Origin: Alphaproteobacteria bacterium
GTDB lineage: Bacteria > Pseudomonadota > Alphaproteobacteria > CALKHQ01
Assembly (NCBI GenBank): GCA_965227515.1
Contig: CBDDFZ010000002.1
Coordinates: forward strand, 128,001 to 192,000
Direction: 5' to 3'
DNA length: 64,000 nucleotides
The position numbers and the translations under genes were made by a program. Numbering within the stretch: position 1 is the first letter of the stretch; every line of letters starts with the position of its first letter. Shown one piece after another: positions 49,443 to 58,961 of the stretch. The notes under the pieces are model-generated. The model made no database searches. It saw only the letters and a program-made list of their open reading frames with translations, and had not been told where the DNA came from.

Positions 49443-50411
49443 GTGAGGAAACTGCATCTTTCCGTGGTTGTCGGGGCGTTGGTGGCCGGTGCGCCAGCCG
49501 CATCTGCCCAGGACGACCTGCTCTACGGCGCCATCTTGAAGACGCTTGCCAATGCGCACTGGAATGCGATGACCCAGGGCATTGAGGAAGCCGGCAACGC
49601 CAGCGGCGTCGAGGTGGTGATTTCGACCGTCGCCAACGAGAGCGCCGCCGAACAGCAGCTCAACAATTGCGAATCCATGCTGCTGCGCGAGCCGGATGCG
49701 CTGATCGTTGGCGCCATCAACTCCAACATCCTGCTGCCGTGCCTGCAAAAGGCGACCGAGGCGGGCATTGCCATCGTCGACCTCGACTACAACCTGGATC
49801 GGGCAATCGCGAACGATGCTGGTGTCGAGGTCACCTTTACCGCCGGCAACGACGGCGCTGCGACAGGCGCGGTGGGTGCGGACTATATCGCCGGCGAGCT
49901 CGGCGACGGCGCCAGCGGCCCGGTGCTGGTTCTGGAGGGCCTGCCCGGCAATCCGGTCGGCGCGGCGCGCGGTGAAGGTTTCCGCGAGCGCTTGGCGGAG
50001 ATCGCACCCGACCTGGAGCCGTCCACGTTCAATGGCGACTGGGACCGGGGCAAGTCGGCGAACATCACCAACGACATGCTGCAGCGCAACCCCGGTCTGC
50101 TGGCGGTGTTCGCCGCCAACGACACCATGGCGCTGGGTGCCATCGAGGCGGTCATCGCCGCCGGACGTGATGACATCATCGTGCTCGGTGTCGACGGCAC
50201 GTCCGATGCGATCCAGTCGATCGAGTCCGGTCGGCTGACGGCCACCGTTGGGCAATTCCCCTATCTGGTCGGCAAGCGCTCCGTCGAACTCCTCAATGAG
50301 ATCCTGCGGGACGGTGCCGAGCTCGACTCCTACCAGGAGACGGGCCAGATGGTGATCGACCAGCCCATGCTGGAGAGCGGCGAAGAGGAAATGTTGCAGT
50401 ACCTTCGCTAG
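49443..50411 (+). CDS. CUT2 (RbsB/AlsB-like) ABC substrate-binding protein
   Basis: GGAGG RBS before GTG; signal ending ASA; LKTLAN.HW, LEG.PG, R..GF, ANDTMALG, GVDG. Confidence 0.9.
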   Translation: MRKLHLSVVVGALVAGAPAASAQDDLLYGAILKTLANAHWNAMTQGIEEAGNASGVEVVISTVANESAAEQQLNNCESMLLREPDALIVGAINSNILLPCLQKATEAGIAIVDLDYNLDRAIANDAGVEVTFTAGNDGAATGAVGADYIAGELGDGASGPVLVLEGLPGNPVGAARGEGFRERLAEIAPDLEPSTFNGDWDRGKSANITNDMLQRNPGLLAVFAANDTMALGAIEAVIAAGRDDIIVLGVDGTSDAIQSIESGRLTATVGQFPYLVGKRSVELLNEILRDGAELDSYQETGQMVIDQPMLESGEEEMLQYLR

Positions 50412-50486
50412 CCGCTGGCATCGGCAAGACATTGTATGGGCGCCCTGTCAGGGGCGCCCGCTCCACGCCCGAACGGAATTCCTGAC

Positions 50487-51476
50487 ATGCCAACTCGCAA
50501 CGCGGCAGAGGCCGCGGCCGCGCCGACGCGACCCGCGCGGTCGGTGAAACCCGGTGCCCTGCGTCTCGAATCGCTGGTGGTGCTGGCCGTTCTGGTGCTG
50601 GTGATGTCGCTCGGCTCGCCGTTCTTCTTCACCGTGGCGAACCTGTTCAACATCATCCTCGCTACCTCGACGATCGGCATACTGGCCCTGGGCGCCACGT
50701 TCGTGATCGGGTCGGCCGGCATCGACCTGTCGGTCGGGTCCGTCATGGCGTTTGGCGGCGTGATCGGCGCCATCGTCGCGGCCAGGCTGGGCCTGCCGTG
50801 GTGGTTCGGCATTCCGGCGTGCCTGCTGGCGGGCGCGTTTGCCGGCGCAATCAACGGGCTGGTCATCAACCACGGCCGGGTGCCCGCATTCGTGGTCACC
50901 CTCGGCATGATGGGGGTCGCGCGCGGCGTTGCCCTGCTGATCACCGACGGGCAGGCGGTCTACGGCATGCCGGAACCCCTGCTCTGGCTTGGCCAGGGGC
51001 GGCCGCTTGGCATTCCGGTGCCGGCGATCGTGTTCGTCGTCACGGCGATCATGCTGCACTTCGTGCTGTCCAACACCCGGTTCGGCCGCCACACCCTGGT
51101 GATCGGCGACAACGAACGCGGCGCCAAGGCCATGGGCGTGCCGGTGCGCACCCAGCGCCTGAAGATCTATGTGCTGTCGGGCGTGATGGCCGGGCTGGCC
51201 GGCCTGCTGGTGATGGCGCGGGTCAATGCCGGCGATCCCACTGCCGGCATGAACTTCGAGCTTGCGGCCATCACCGCCGCGATCATCGGCGGCACCAACC
51301 TGTTCGGCGGCCGCGCGACCATTCTGGGCACGGTCATCGGTGCGCTCATCATGGGCGTCTTGCAGAACGGCCTCAACCTGCTCGAGATCCCCTCGTTCTG
51401 GCAGCAGATCTCCATCGGTCTGGTCCTGGTCGCCGCGGTCTGGCTCGACCAGTTGGCCAAGAAGGACAAGGAGTAG
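50487..51476 (+). CDS. CUT2 ABC permease (RbsC-like)
   Basis: GIDLSVG; VPAFVVTLG; ELAAI.AAIIGG. Confidence 0.92.
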   Translation: MPTRNAAEAAAAPTRPARSVKPGALRLESLVVLAVLVLVMSLGSPFFFTVANLFNIILATSTIGILALGATFVIGSAGIDLSVGSVMAFGGVIGAIVAARLGLPWWFGIPACLLAGAFAGAINGLVINHGRVPAFVVTLGMMGVARGVALLITDGQAVYGMPEPLLWLGQGRPLGIPVPAIVFVVTAIMLHFVLSNTRFGRHTLVIGDNERGAKAMGVPVRTQRLKIYVLSGVMAGLAGLLVMARVNAGDPTAGMNFELAAITAAIIGGTNLFGGRATILGTVIGALIMGVLQNGLNLLEIPSFWQQISIGLVLVAAVWLDQLAKKDKE

Positions 51477-51481
51477 GGCCG

Positions 51482-52216
51482 GTGCTGCAGGTTCGCGACA
51501 TCAAGAAGCACTTCGGGCCGGTCGAGGTCCTGCGCGGCGTCTCGTTCGGCCTCGCGGCCGGCGAGTGCGTCGCCGTCGTCGGCGACAACGGTGCGGGCAA
51601 GTCGACGCTGATGAAGATCATCACCGGCGTCTATCGGGCCAGCGAGGGCGCGGTCGACCTCGATGGCGTGACGATCAGCGGGACGCCGCCCGGGGAGATC
51701 CGCCAGCTCGGGATCGAGATGATCTACCAGAACCTGGAGCTTGCGGTTCAGCAGGACGTGACCGCCAACATCTTCCTGGGCCGCGAGCCGACCAAACGGT
51801 TCGGCGGCTTCGACACCGGCATCCTGGACCTGAAGGCGGCGCGCGACCAGGCGGCGGAGATGATCGAGCGGTTGGGCGCTCGGCTGCCGTCCGTCGACAT
51901 CCAGGTCGGCAAGCTGTCGGGCGGGCAGCAGCAGTCGGTGGCGATCGCGCGGGCCCTGACCTTCTCACCCAAGGTGGTGATCATGGACGAGCCGACGGCC
52001 GCACTTGCCGTGCGCGAGATCGAGCATGTTCTGGAACTGATCAAGGGGCTGAAGGGCCGCGGCATCGGCGTGATCCTGATCAGCCACCGGCTGACCGATG
52101 TGTTCGAGGTCGCCGACCGCATCATCGCGATCCGGCAGGGCGTGGTGATCGCCGATGAGAGGACCGAGGAGACGACCATGCAGAACGTCGTCTCCCATAT
52201 CGTCGGCGCGCATTGA
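51482..52216 (+). CDS. Single-domain sugar ABC ATP-binding protein
   Basis: GDNGAGKST; LSGGQQQ; IMDEPTAAL; ISH. Confidence 0.92.
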   Translation: MLQVRDIKKHFGPVEVLRGVSFGLAAGECVAVVGDNGAGKSTLMKIITGVYRASEGAVDLDGVTISGTPPGEIRQLGIEMIYQNLELAVQQDVTANIFLGREPTKRFGGFDTGILDLKAARDQAAEMIERLGARLPSVDIQVGKLSGGQQQSVAIARALTFSPKVVIMDEPTAALAVREIEHVLELIKGLKGRGIGVILISHRLTDVFEVADRIIAIRQGVVIADERTEETTMQNVVSHIVGAH

Positions 52217-52225
52217 GGTGAGGGT

Positions 52226-53773
52226 ATGAAGGTCGTTGACGACACGGAGCTTCGGGAGGTCGTCTCCCGGCTGGGCGATGGTAGCACCGTCGCCATATCC
52301 GGCGCCGGCGGCGGCCTGCTGGAACCTGACGAGGCGTTCCGCGCGTTCGAGGCAGCGTTCCTGGACACAGGCCGCCCGCGTGGCCTGACGCTGGTGCACG
52401 CGCTGGGCATGGGCGACCGCAAGACCAAGGGTGTCAATCGCTTCGCCTATGAAGGCATGGTTTCCAAGGTCATCGGCGGGCACTGGATCTGGTCGCCGCG
52501 CATGCTGACGCTGGCCGAGGAGAACAAGATTGCGGCCTATTGCCTGCCGTCCGGGGTTCTGACCCATCTGTTTCGCGAGATCGGCGCGCGTCGGCCGGGG
52601 CTGTTCACCCATGTCGGATTGGGCACCTTCTGCGACCCGCGCCAGCAGGGTGGGCGCTGCAACGCCGCCGCCGCCGAGCCCATCGTCGAGCTGATGCGGA
52701 TCGACGGCCAGGACGTGCTCCGCTACCTGCCGTTCAACGTGGACGTGGCGGTCGTTCGCGGCACCGTTGCCGACACGCGGGGCAACATCAGCGCGCGGGA
52801 GGAGCCGGCCGATCTGGACAGCTATGCCATCGCGCTCGCCGCCAAGGCGTGCGGCGGCATCGTCATCGCGCAGGTGCGCGAGGTAGTGGATCGCGGTACC
52901 ATCAGGCCGCGCGAAGTCTCCGTGCCGGGCAATCTGGTGGACTATGTGCTGCCGTGCCCGGACCAGGCACAAACCTATCACGGGCGCTACGACCCGGCCC
53001 TGGCCGGGCTGGCCGATGACGGCACGGCGTTCCAGACCCCCGACACCCAGAACCTGGTGCGCCGCATCGTCGCCGAGCGGGCGGCAGCAGAACTGATCGA
53101 CGGCGCAACGGTCAATTTCGGTTTTGGCATGTCGTCGGGGGTCGCCGAAATCGTGTTGAAAGCCGGCACGCGGGACAACTACCGTTTCACCATCGAGCAG
53201 GGCATTCACGGCGGCCAACTCCTGACCGGCGACCTGTTCGGCATCGCGGCGCATCCGTCGGCGATCATGCCGTCGTGCCAGCAGTTCGACCTGTATTCCG
53301 GCGGCGGTCTCGACCAGACCTTCCTGGGGTTGGCCGAGGCGGACGAGAGCGGCTCGGTCAACGTGTCTCACTTCGGCGGCCAGATCAGCGGGCCGGGCGG
53401 CTTCATCGACATATCGCAGGCGGCCCATCGGGTCGTGTTCTGCGGCTCATTCGATGCCAAGGGCACACGGGTCGCGCTGGAAAATGGCAAGCTGCGGATT
53501 TCGTCGCACGGCGAGGTGCGCAAGTTCGTGTCCGCGGTCGAAGGCATCACATTCAGCGGCCCGGAAGCCCTGCGTCGTGGCCAACGGGTGAGCTATGTTA
53601 CCGAGCGCGCCGTCTTCGAGCTGACGCCGGAGGGCGTGGAACTGACCGAAGTTGCGCCGGGCGTGGATGTCAGGTCCGATGTGCTGGAGCGGATGGCGTT
53701 CGCGCCCATAGTGCGCGCACCGAGAACCATGGACCCGGACTGTTTCCGCGACGACGTCGCAGCCACGGGATAG
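52226..53773 (+). CDS. Family I fused CoA-transferase (YdiF/Pct-like)
   Basis: PG..T.VGLGTF.DPR..GG, N.GFG, TIEQG (catalytic Glu), G.VNVS.F, GPGGFIDISQ, YVTERAVF. Confidence 0.9.
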   Translation: MKVVDDTELREVVSRLGDGSTVAISGAGGGLLEPDEAFRAFEAAFLDTGRPRGLTLVHALGMGDRKTKGVNRFAYEGMVSKVIGGHWIWSPRMLTLAEENKIAAYCLPSGVLTHLFREIGARRPGLFTHVGLGTFCDPRQQGGRCNAAAAEPIVELMRIDGQDVLRYLPFNVDVAVVRGTVADTRGNISAREEPADLDSYAIALAAKACGGIVIAQVREVVDRGTIRPREVSVPGNLVDYVLPCPDQAQTYHGRYDPALAGLADDGTAFQTPDTQNLVRRIVAERAAAELIDGATVNFGFGMSSGVAEIVLKAGTRDNYRFTIEQGIHGGQLLTGDLFGIAAHPSAIMPSCQQFDLYSGGGLDQTFLGLAEADESGSVNVSHFGGQISGPGGFIDISQAAHRVVFCGSFDAKGTRVALENGKLRISSHGEVRKFVSAVEGITFSGPEALRRGQRVSYVTERAVFELTPEGVELTEVAPGVDVRSDVLERMAFAPIVRAPRTMDPDCFRDDVAATG

Positions 53774-53782
53774 CGGCAACCA

Positions 53783-55393
53783 ATGGCCAGCACAGGGTAC
53801 GATTACATCATCGCCGGCGGCGGCTCGGCCGGCTGCGTGCTGGCGGCGCGGCTCAGCGCCACAGGCGCCAGCGTGCTGCTGCTGGAGGCGGGATACCCGG
53901 ACAAGCATCCGCTGATCCACGTGCCCGCCGGCTTCACCAAGCTTTCGGGCCCGAAGGTCAACTGGGGCTACCGCACGGTGCCGCAGCAGCACCTGAACGA
54001 CCGTGAGATGTGGTACCCGCAGGGCAAGACCCTGGGCGGCGGCTCATCGATCAACGCGATGATCTATACCCGCGGCCACCGCAACGACTACGACGACTGG
54101 GCGGCCGCCGGCGCCGACGGCTGGTCGTACGAGGACGTGCTGCCATACTTCCGCAAGGCGGAAGACAATGTCCGCCTGTGCAACGCCTATCACGGCACAG
54201 GCGGGCCGCTGCGCGTCTCCGACCCCATCAGCCCGCTGCCGATCACCGCGACGTTCATTCGCGCCGCCCAACAGGCCGGGCTGCCTTACAGTGCCGACTT
54301 CAACGGCGCCGAGCAGGAAGGCGTCGGCTACCACCAGACGACCACCCGCGACGGGCGCCGGGGCAGTGCTGCGGTGTCGTACCTGCGCCCGGCGGCGGGC
54401 CGCAAGAACCTGACCGTCGTGACGCGCTGCCAGGTGTTGCGGGTGGTGGTGGAGAACGGCCGGGCGCGCCAGGTCGAGTTCAAGCCCCACGACGGCCCGG
54501 TCGCCCGCGCGACGGCCGACCGCGAGATCATCGTCACCGCCGGCGCCATCGGCTCGCCCAAGCTAATGATGCTGTCCGGCCTCGGCCCGGCGGACCACCT
54601 TCGGTCCCATGGCATCGACGTCCAGGCCGACATCCCCGGCGTCGGCGAGAATCTGCAGGACCACCTGGACTGCTACACCGTCTATGATCTCAACGGCCCG
54701 CACGCCTATTACGGTGTCGACCAGCATTTGAAACAGGCGGTCTGGGCGCTTCAGTACTGGCTGTTCAAGAACGGCCCGGTGACCACGAACATCGTGGAGG
54801 CCGGCGCGTTTGCGACCGTCGATGCCGACTCTCGCCAGCCCGACATCCAGCTTCACTTCCTGCCGGCATATGTCGTCGACCACGGGATGATGCGGATCAA
54901 GGGCTATGGCGTCAGTCTCTACTCGAACCTGTTGCGGCCGCGCAGCCGTGGCACGGTGCGGCTGCGCAGTGCCGATCCGGCCGAACATCCGCTGATCGAC
55001 CCCAACTACCTGGCCGACCCCTATGACCGCCGCATGGCGGTGGCGGGCCTGAAGCTGGCGCGCGAGGTGATGGCGCAGCCGGCGTTCGCGCCATTGTTGG
55101 AAAAGGAGCGCATGCCCGGCCCCGACGTGACGACCGACGAGGGCTTGAACGAGTATGTTCGCGAATGGGCGAAGACCGACTATCACCCGGTCGGCACCTG
55201 CAAGATGGGCAAGGACGAAATGGCGGTCGTGACGCCGGAACTGAAGGTCGTTGGGGTTGAGGGCTTGCGCATCTGCGACAGCTCGGTGATGCCGAACGAG
55301 ATCAGCGCCAACACCAACGCGCCAACCATCATGATCGCGGAGAAGGCGGCCGATATGATCCTGGGCACCGATACCGCCCCGGTCCATGCATAG
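53783..55393 (+). CDS. GMC-family flavin oxidoreductase (choline/sorbose dehydrogenase-like)
   Basis: GGGSAG, GKTLGGGSSINAM.Y.RG, VGENLQDH, YHPVGTCKMG, NTNAPTIMIAEK (His/Asn pair). Confidence 0.93.
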   Translation: MASTGYDYIIAGGGSAGCVLAARLSATGASVLLLEAGYPDKHPLIHVPAGFTKLSGPKVNWGYRTVPQQHLNDREMWYPQGKTLGGGSSINAMIYTRGHRNDYDDWAAAGADGWSYEDVLPYFRKAEDNVRLCNAYHGTGGPLRVSDPISPLPITATFIRAAQQAGLPYSADFNGAEQEGVGYHQTTTRDGRRGSAAVSYLRPAAGRKNLTVVTRCQVLRVVVENGRARQVEFKPHDGPVARATADREIIVTAGAIGSPKLMMLSGLGPADHLRSHGIDVQADIPGVGENLQDHLDCYTVYDLNGPHAYYGVDQHLKQAVWALQYWLFKNGPVTTNIVEAGAFATVDADSRQPDIQLHFLPAYVVDHGMMRIKGYGVSLYSNLLRPRSRGTVRLRSADPAEHPLIDPNYLADPYDRRMAVAGLKLAREVMAQPAFAPLLEKERMPGPDVTTDEGLNEYVREWAKTDYHPVGTCKMGKDEMAVVTPELKVVGVEGLRICDSSVMPNEISANTNAPTIMIAEKAADMILGTDTAPVHA

Positions 55394-55414
55394 GCGCCGC
55401 AGCAGGCCGGGCCG

Positions 55415-56203
55415 TTGACTCAGAAGATCTACGCCATAATCGGCTATCCAGTGGGGCAGGTGCGCTCGCCCGCGGTGTTCAACGCGCGCTTCGCGGCCGA
55501 GGGCGTGGACGCGATCATGATCCCGTTCCAGGTCGCGCCGGGCGATGTGGCGACGCTGCTGGATGGCTTGCGCAAGGCGGAGAATTGCGCAGGCGTCGTG
55601 GTGACCGTGCCCCACAAGGCCGCCGCCGCAGCGCTTGCCCGGCAGCGCAGCGCGCGTGTCGATTTGCTGGGTGCGGCGAACGTGCTGCGGCCGATCGAGG
55701 GCGGCTGGGAAGCCGATCTGTTCGACGGCGACGGCTTCGTTCGCGGGATGGCATCGCAGGGCCATGACGTGCGCGGCTGCTCGGTGGCTGTCGTTGGCGC
55801 TGGCGGCGCGGGGAGTGCCGTGGCCGAGGCGCTGCTGGCAGCGGGCGCGTCGGTCGCGCTGTCCGACATGGACGAGGCGCGTGCCGGGGCGGTGGTCGAC
55901 CGGCTTGCCACGGCGTTTGCCGACAGGATTGCGCTAGGCGGGCCCGACCGCGGCCATGCCATCGCCGTCAACGCCACGCCGGTCGGCATGGACGGCGACC
56001 CGAACATGCCCTTCGATCCGGCCGATCTGGACAAAGCGGCAATTGTCGCGGATGTCATCATGAAACCGGCGATCACGCCTCTGCTGCGCAAGGCATCCGA
56101 ACTGGGCATGACGACGCAGGAGGGCCGCCACATGCTGGATTGCCAGGCGGACGCGATCTGGTCATTCCTGCAGATGGCGCAAGCCGATGCGACATCGGCA
56201 TGA
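55415..56203 (+). CDS. Shikimate dehydrogenase-family (AroE-like) oxidoreductase
   Basis: IG.PV.Q..SP, VTVPHK, GAAN, DG.GF, GAGGAG, NATPVG; atypical QVRSP in place of HS.SP. Confidence 0.88.
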   Translation: MTQKIYAIIGYPVGQVRSPAVFNARFAAEGVDAIMIPFQVAPGDVATLLDGLRKAENCAGVVVTVPHKAAAAALARQRSARVDLLGAANVLRPIEGGWEADLFDGDGFVRGMASQGHDVRGCSVAVVGAGGAGSAVAEALLAAGASVALSDMDEARAGAVVDRLATAFADRIALGGPDRGHAIAVNATPVGMDGDPNMPFDPADLDKAAIVADVIMKPAITPLLRKASELGMTTQEGRHMLDCQADAIWSFLQMAQADATSA

Positions 56204-56224
56204 TGCGGGCGTCCGGGTGCGGCG

Positions 56225-57226
56225 CTATGCTCGGTTTGCCGCGAGCAGGGCCTGTGGCGCCGGCGCGTGCCAGACCACCTGATAGGACTCGATCACGTTC
56301 TGGCGCGTGACCGCCAGTCCCGGCAGCGCGATCCATGGCGGCGGCTGTTCGTCGACCAGCGCCAGCAAGGTTGCGGTTGCCGCCGCGATGCCCTGAGCGT
56401 ACGGCTGTTGTGCGCCGATCCCTTTGATCATGTTGCCGGAGGCGAGTTCGATCGCCGCATCGTTGCCCAGGTCGACCGTGGTCACCGGGATGTCCAGCGC
56501 GCGCTTGCGCAGCATTGGCACCGCTTGCATCGCCGGTTCGTCCCAGACCACGAACAGCCCGGCACAACCGGCGGAGGTGTCGAGCAGCGCCGCCGTCGCC
56601 CGGCCGGCATCGGCAACATCGGCGAACTTCTGCTGTGCCAACTGGACATCGGGTCGGTTGGCCGCCATCCACTTGCGAAACGCGATCTCGCGCTCATTGG
56701 TGACGAAGAAGTCGGCGCCGTAGGTCAGCATGCCGATGGTCGACCCCTGGTCGACGTGCTCCGACAGCAGGGATGCGCTGATCTGGCCGAGGCCGAAATT
56801 GTCCGCTGAAACGACACTGGCGTAGTTGGTGCCCGGCAGCAGCCCCGTCGGGACGTTGTCGACCAATATCAATTTGATACCGGCGCGCGAGACCTGGTGA
56901 TGGGCGTCGGCCACGGCGGTGTTGCCGATCGGTATGCTGATGATCGCATCCGGCGCTTCGCCGACCAGCCGTTGCAGCTCGCGGATCTGCTTGTCGGCGC
57001 AAAACTGGCAGTCGACCACATCCACCACCGCCGCCGCATAGCGGCCGAGCGTGGCGACGATGCCGGCGATCTGTTGGCGCGACCAGTCGCTCTCGGTGGT
57101 ATGCAGAACGACCGCCACCTTGAACTGGCTTCGCTGCGCCAGCGCCGCGTTCTCCTCGGAGATACTGACATGCTCCGATGGAACGGCGCGCTCACCATGC
57201 GGTCCAAGGCCGGCTATCGACATCAT
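56225..57226 (-). CDS. Signal-peptide-less paralog of the sugar-binding protein at 59892 (putative cytoplasmic sensor)
   Basis: Shares GP.GE, DWS, IISIP, DNVP.G, Y.SVVSADN.G.G, DFFVT..R, VWD.PA, T.DLG, GAQ.PY.QG with 59892-61022; no hydrophobic N-terminus; ATGA-coupled to the ROK gene. Confidence 0.8.
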   Translation of the reverse strand: MMSIAGLGPHGERAVPSEHVSISEENAALAQRSQFKVAVVLHTTESDWSRQQIAGIVATLGRYAAAVVDVVDCQFCADKQIRELQRLVGEAPDAIISIPIGNTAVADAHHQVSRAGIKLILVDNVPTGLLPGTNYASVVSADNFGLGQISASLLSEHVDQGSTIGMLTYGADFFVTNEREIAFRKWMAANRPDVQLAQQKFADVADAGRATAALLDTSAGCAGLFVVWDEPAMQAVPMLRKRALDIPVTTVDLGNDAAIELASGNMIKGIGAQQPYAQGIAAATATLLALVDEQPPPWIALPGLAVTRQNVIESYQVVWHAPAPQALLAANRA

Positions 57227-58662
57227 GTCAGTTTCCCACCCTCGAGCTGGTTGCGCGCGGCCGGCGGCGGCGCTGGGGTCGTGCCATCGTCCGCGGCGTC
57301 GGTTGTCGCCTGCGACAGCCGTGCCGCGAATTCCGGATGATCCAGTGGTGAGCCGTAGGCAATCCAGTTCTCCAACGACGGACCGGCAAACAGGGCGCCG
57401 ACGGCGACTTCGGCCGCGCCCAGAAGCCCGGCTGACCCGCCCATCTGCGATTTGACGATGCGAAGCTCGCGCGTGGTCAGCGGGTGGGCGTGCAGATACA
57501 CTGCTTGGCGCACCGCCGACAGCATCACGTCGCCGGTCTGCACGATGTCGCCGCCAAGCACGATGGTCGACGGATTGACCGTGTTGGCGACTGCGGCCAG
57601 TGCGACGCCAATCATCTGCCCTCGGCGCGCAAGCAGCTCGGTACAGAAGCTGTCGCCCAGTTGCGCCGCCATGCCGACGTCGTTGGCGGTGATCTCGCCC
57701 GACGCCTCTAGCATGCGCGCGAGTTGCGGGCTTTGCCCGTCTCGTGCGGCGTTCGCACCATCGCGCGCGATCGCGTCACCGCCGGCAACGATCTCCAGGC
57801 AACCGGTATTGCCGCAATGGCATACCTCGTCGCTGTTCGGGTCTTGCAGGATGTGTCCCAGCAAACCGCCGGCGCCTTGCGCGCCCCGGACCAGCCGTCC
57901 ATCGGCAAACAGCGCCGTGCTGATCCCGCGGCCAAGCTTCACGAACAAGAAATTGTCGCTGTCTTGCGCGTTGCCGGCCTTGCGCTCGCCCAGCGTCATG
58001 CATTCCACGGCACTGCGCACCCAGACCGGCGCGCGGAAGCGGGCGGCCAACTGCTCGACGAAGTCGAACTCCCACCACGACGGGTCGAAATGGAATACCG
58101 GCGAAGCGAAGGGCTCGCCGGCCGACAGCTCGACCGGGCCCGGCACCGCGACACCGATCGCCCACACGTCGCGATCCGCCTGGTGCTGTTCCAGAGCCCA
58201 GTCGAACAGCGTCATCAACCGACCGAGAACCGCCTGGGGGCCGGTCGACAGCTCGATCGCCTCGTGATGCTCGACAAGCAAGCGCCCATTCAGGTCCGCG
58301 ACGCCGACGCCGAGCACGGATCTGTCGAGGAAGGCGACCAGGATCAGGCCTGAGCCGGCGCGAAACCTGATCAGGCGAGGGGCCCGTCCGCCTTGCGCGG
58401 GGCCAAGCGTGTCCTCGGCCAGCAGGCCGTATCGGGTCAGCGTGGTCAGCCGATCGACGATCGTCGCGCGTCCCAGGCCGGTCGCCTGCTCAAGTGCCAG
58501 GCGCGTGCTCGCGTCCCCGTCCCGCACCAGCGTCAGTATGCCGGCCAGGCTTTGCCGGGTTGCCTCAACACGTCTGGGCCTGATCTCCCCGACCTCTGCG
58601 CGCGGGTTTCGGGTTTGCTGAAACTGAGCGGGAGCGCGGGTCGATTTGCTCTGTTTTGCCAT
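57223..58662 (-). CDS. ROK-family transcriptional regulator
   Basis: N-terminal TR..L...TGL.RATI HTH and GGRAP; IGVAVPGPV; Zn motif GH...CHCGNTGCLE; IVLGG; AGLLGAA. Confidence 0.9.
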   Translation of the reverse strand: MAKQSKSTRAPAQFQQTRNPRAEVGEIRPRRVEATRQSLAGILTLVRDGDASTRLALEQATGLGRATIVDRLTTLTRYGLLAEDTLGPAQGGRAPRLIRFRAGSGLILVAFLDRSVLGVGVADLNGRLLVEHHEAIELSTGPQAVLGRLMTLFDWALEQHQADRDVWAIGVAVPGPVELSAGEPFASPVFHFDPSWWEFDFVEQLAARFRAPVWVRSAVECMTLGERKAGNAQDSDNFLFVKLGRGISTALFADGRLVRGAQGAGGLLGHILQDPNSDEVCHCGNTGCLEIVAGGDAIARDGANAARDGQSPQLARMLEASGEITANDVGMAAQLGDSFCTELLARRGQMIGVALAAVANTVNPSTIVLGGDIVQTGDVMLSAVRQAVYLHAHPLTTRELRIVKSQMGGSAGLLGAAEVAVGALFAGPSLENWIAYGSPLDHPEFAARLSQATTDAADDGTTPAPPPAARNQLEGGKLT

Positions 58663-58889
58663 CAGGGCGCTTGCGACTCACTCTTCACCTGAGCTGGTGA
58701 CCATAGCCCGCTTGTCCAACAATCCAAGTTCCAACCCGAAATCGCGACGCGCGCGTTTGGGACCGGTTCCGCAGCCACACGCACGCAAACGCGCCGGCAG
58801 GCGCTTCCCGGTTCCGGCCGGGGACCGGCCCAGACCGTAGGGTTCAGGCGGCATTATGCCGAAGCCGATCCGTTTTCGCAGCAAATTCA

Positions 58890-58912
58890 TTGACTAATGC
58901 AGATTTTCTGCA
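58890..58912 (+). promoter_or_regulatory. Candidate -35 box with overlapping palindrome (possible ROK operator)
   Basis: TTGACT at 58890 followed by TGCAGA-TTT-TCTGCA (58898-58912) in the AT-rich divergent intergenic region. Confidence 0.45.
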
Positions 58913-58961
58913 ATACGGTTGCGATGTTGTGCAAAAAAAGACGCGGGAGGCAGGCGGCCAC

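Noticed and set aside
53783-55393. betA choline dehydrogenase
   Set aside because: No betB or betI nearby, and the context is sugar ABC plus CoA enzymes; family-level call only
55415-56203. Housekeeping aroE
   Set aside because: Atypical substrate-binding N-terminus and catabolic operon context; called AroE-like only
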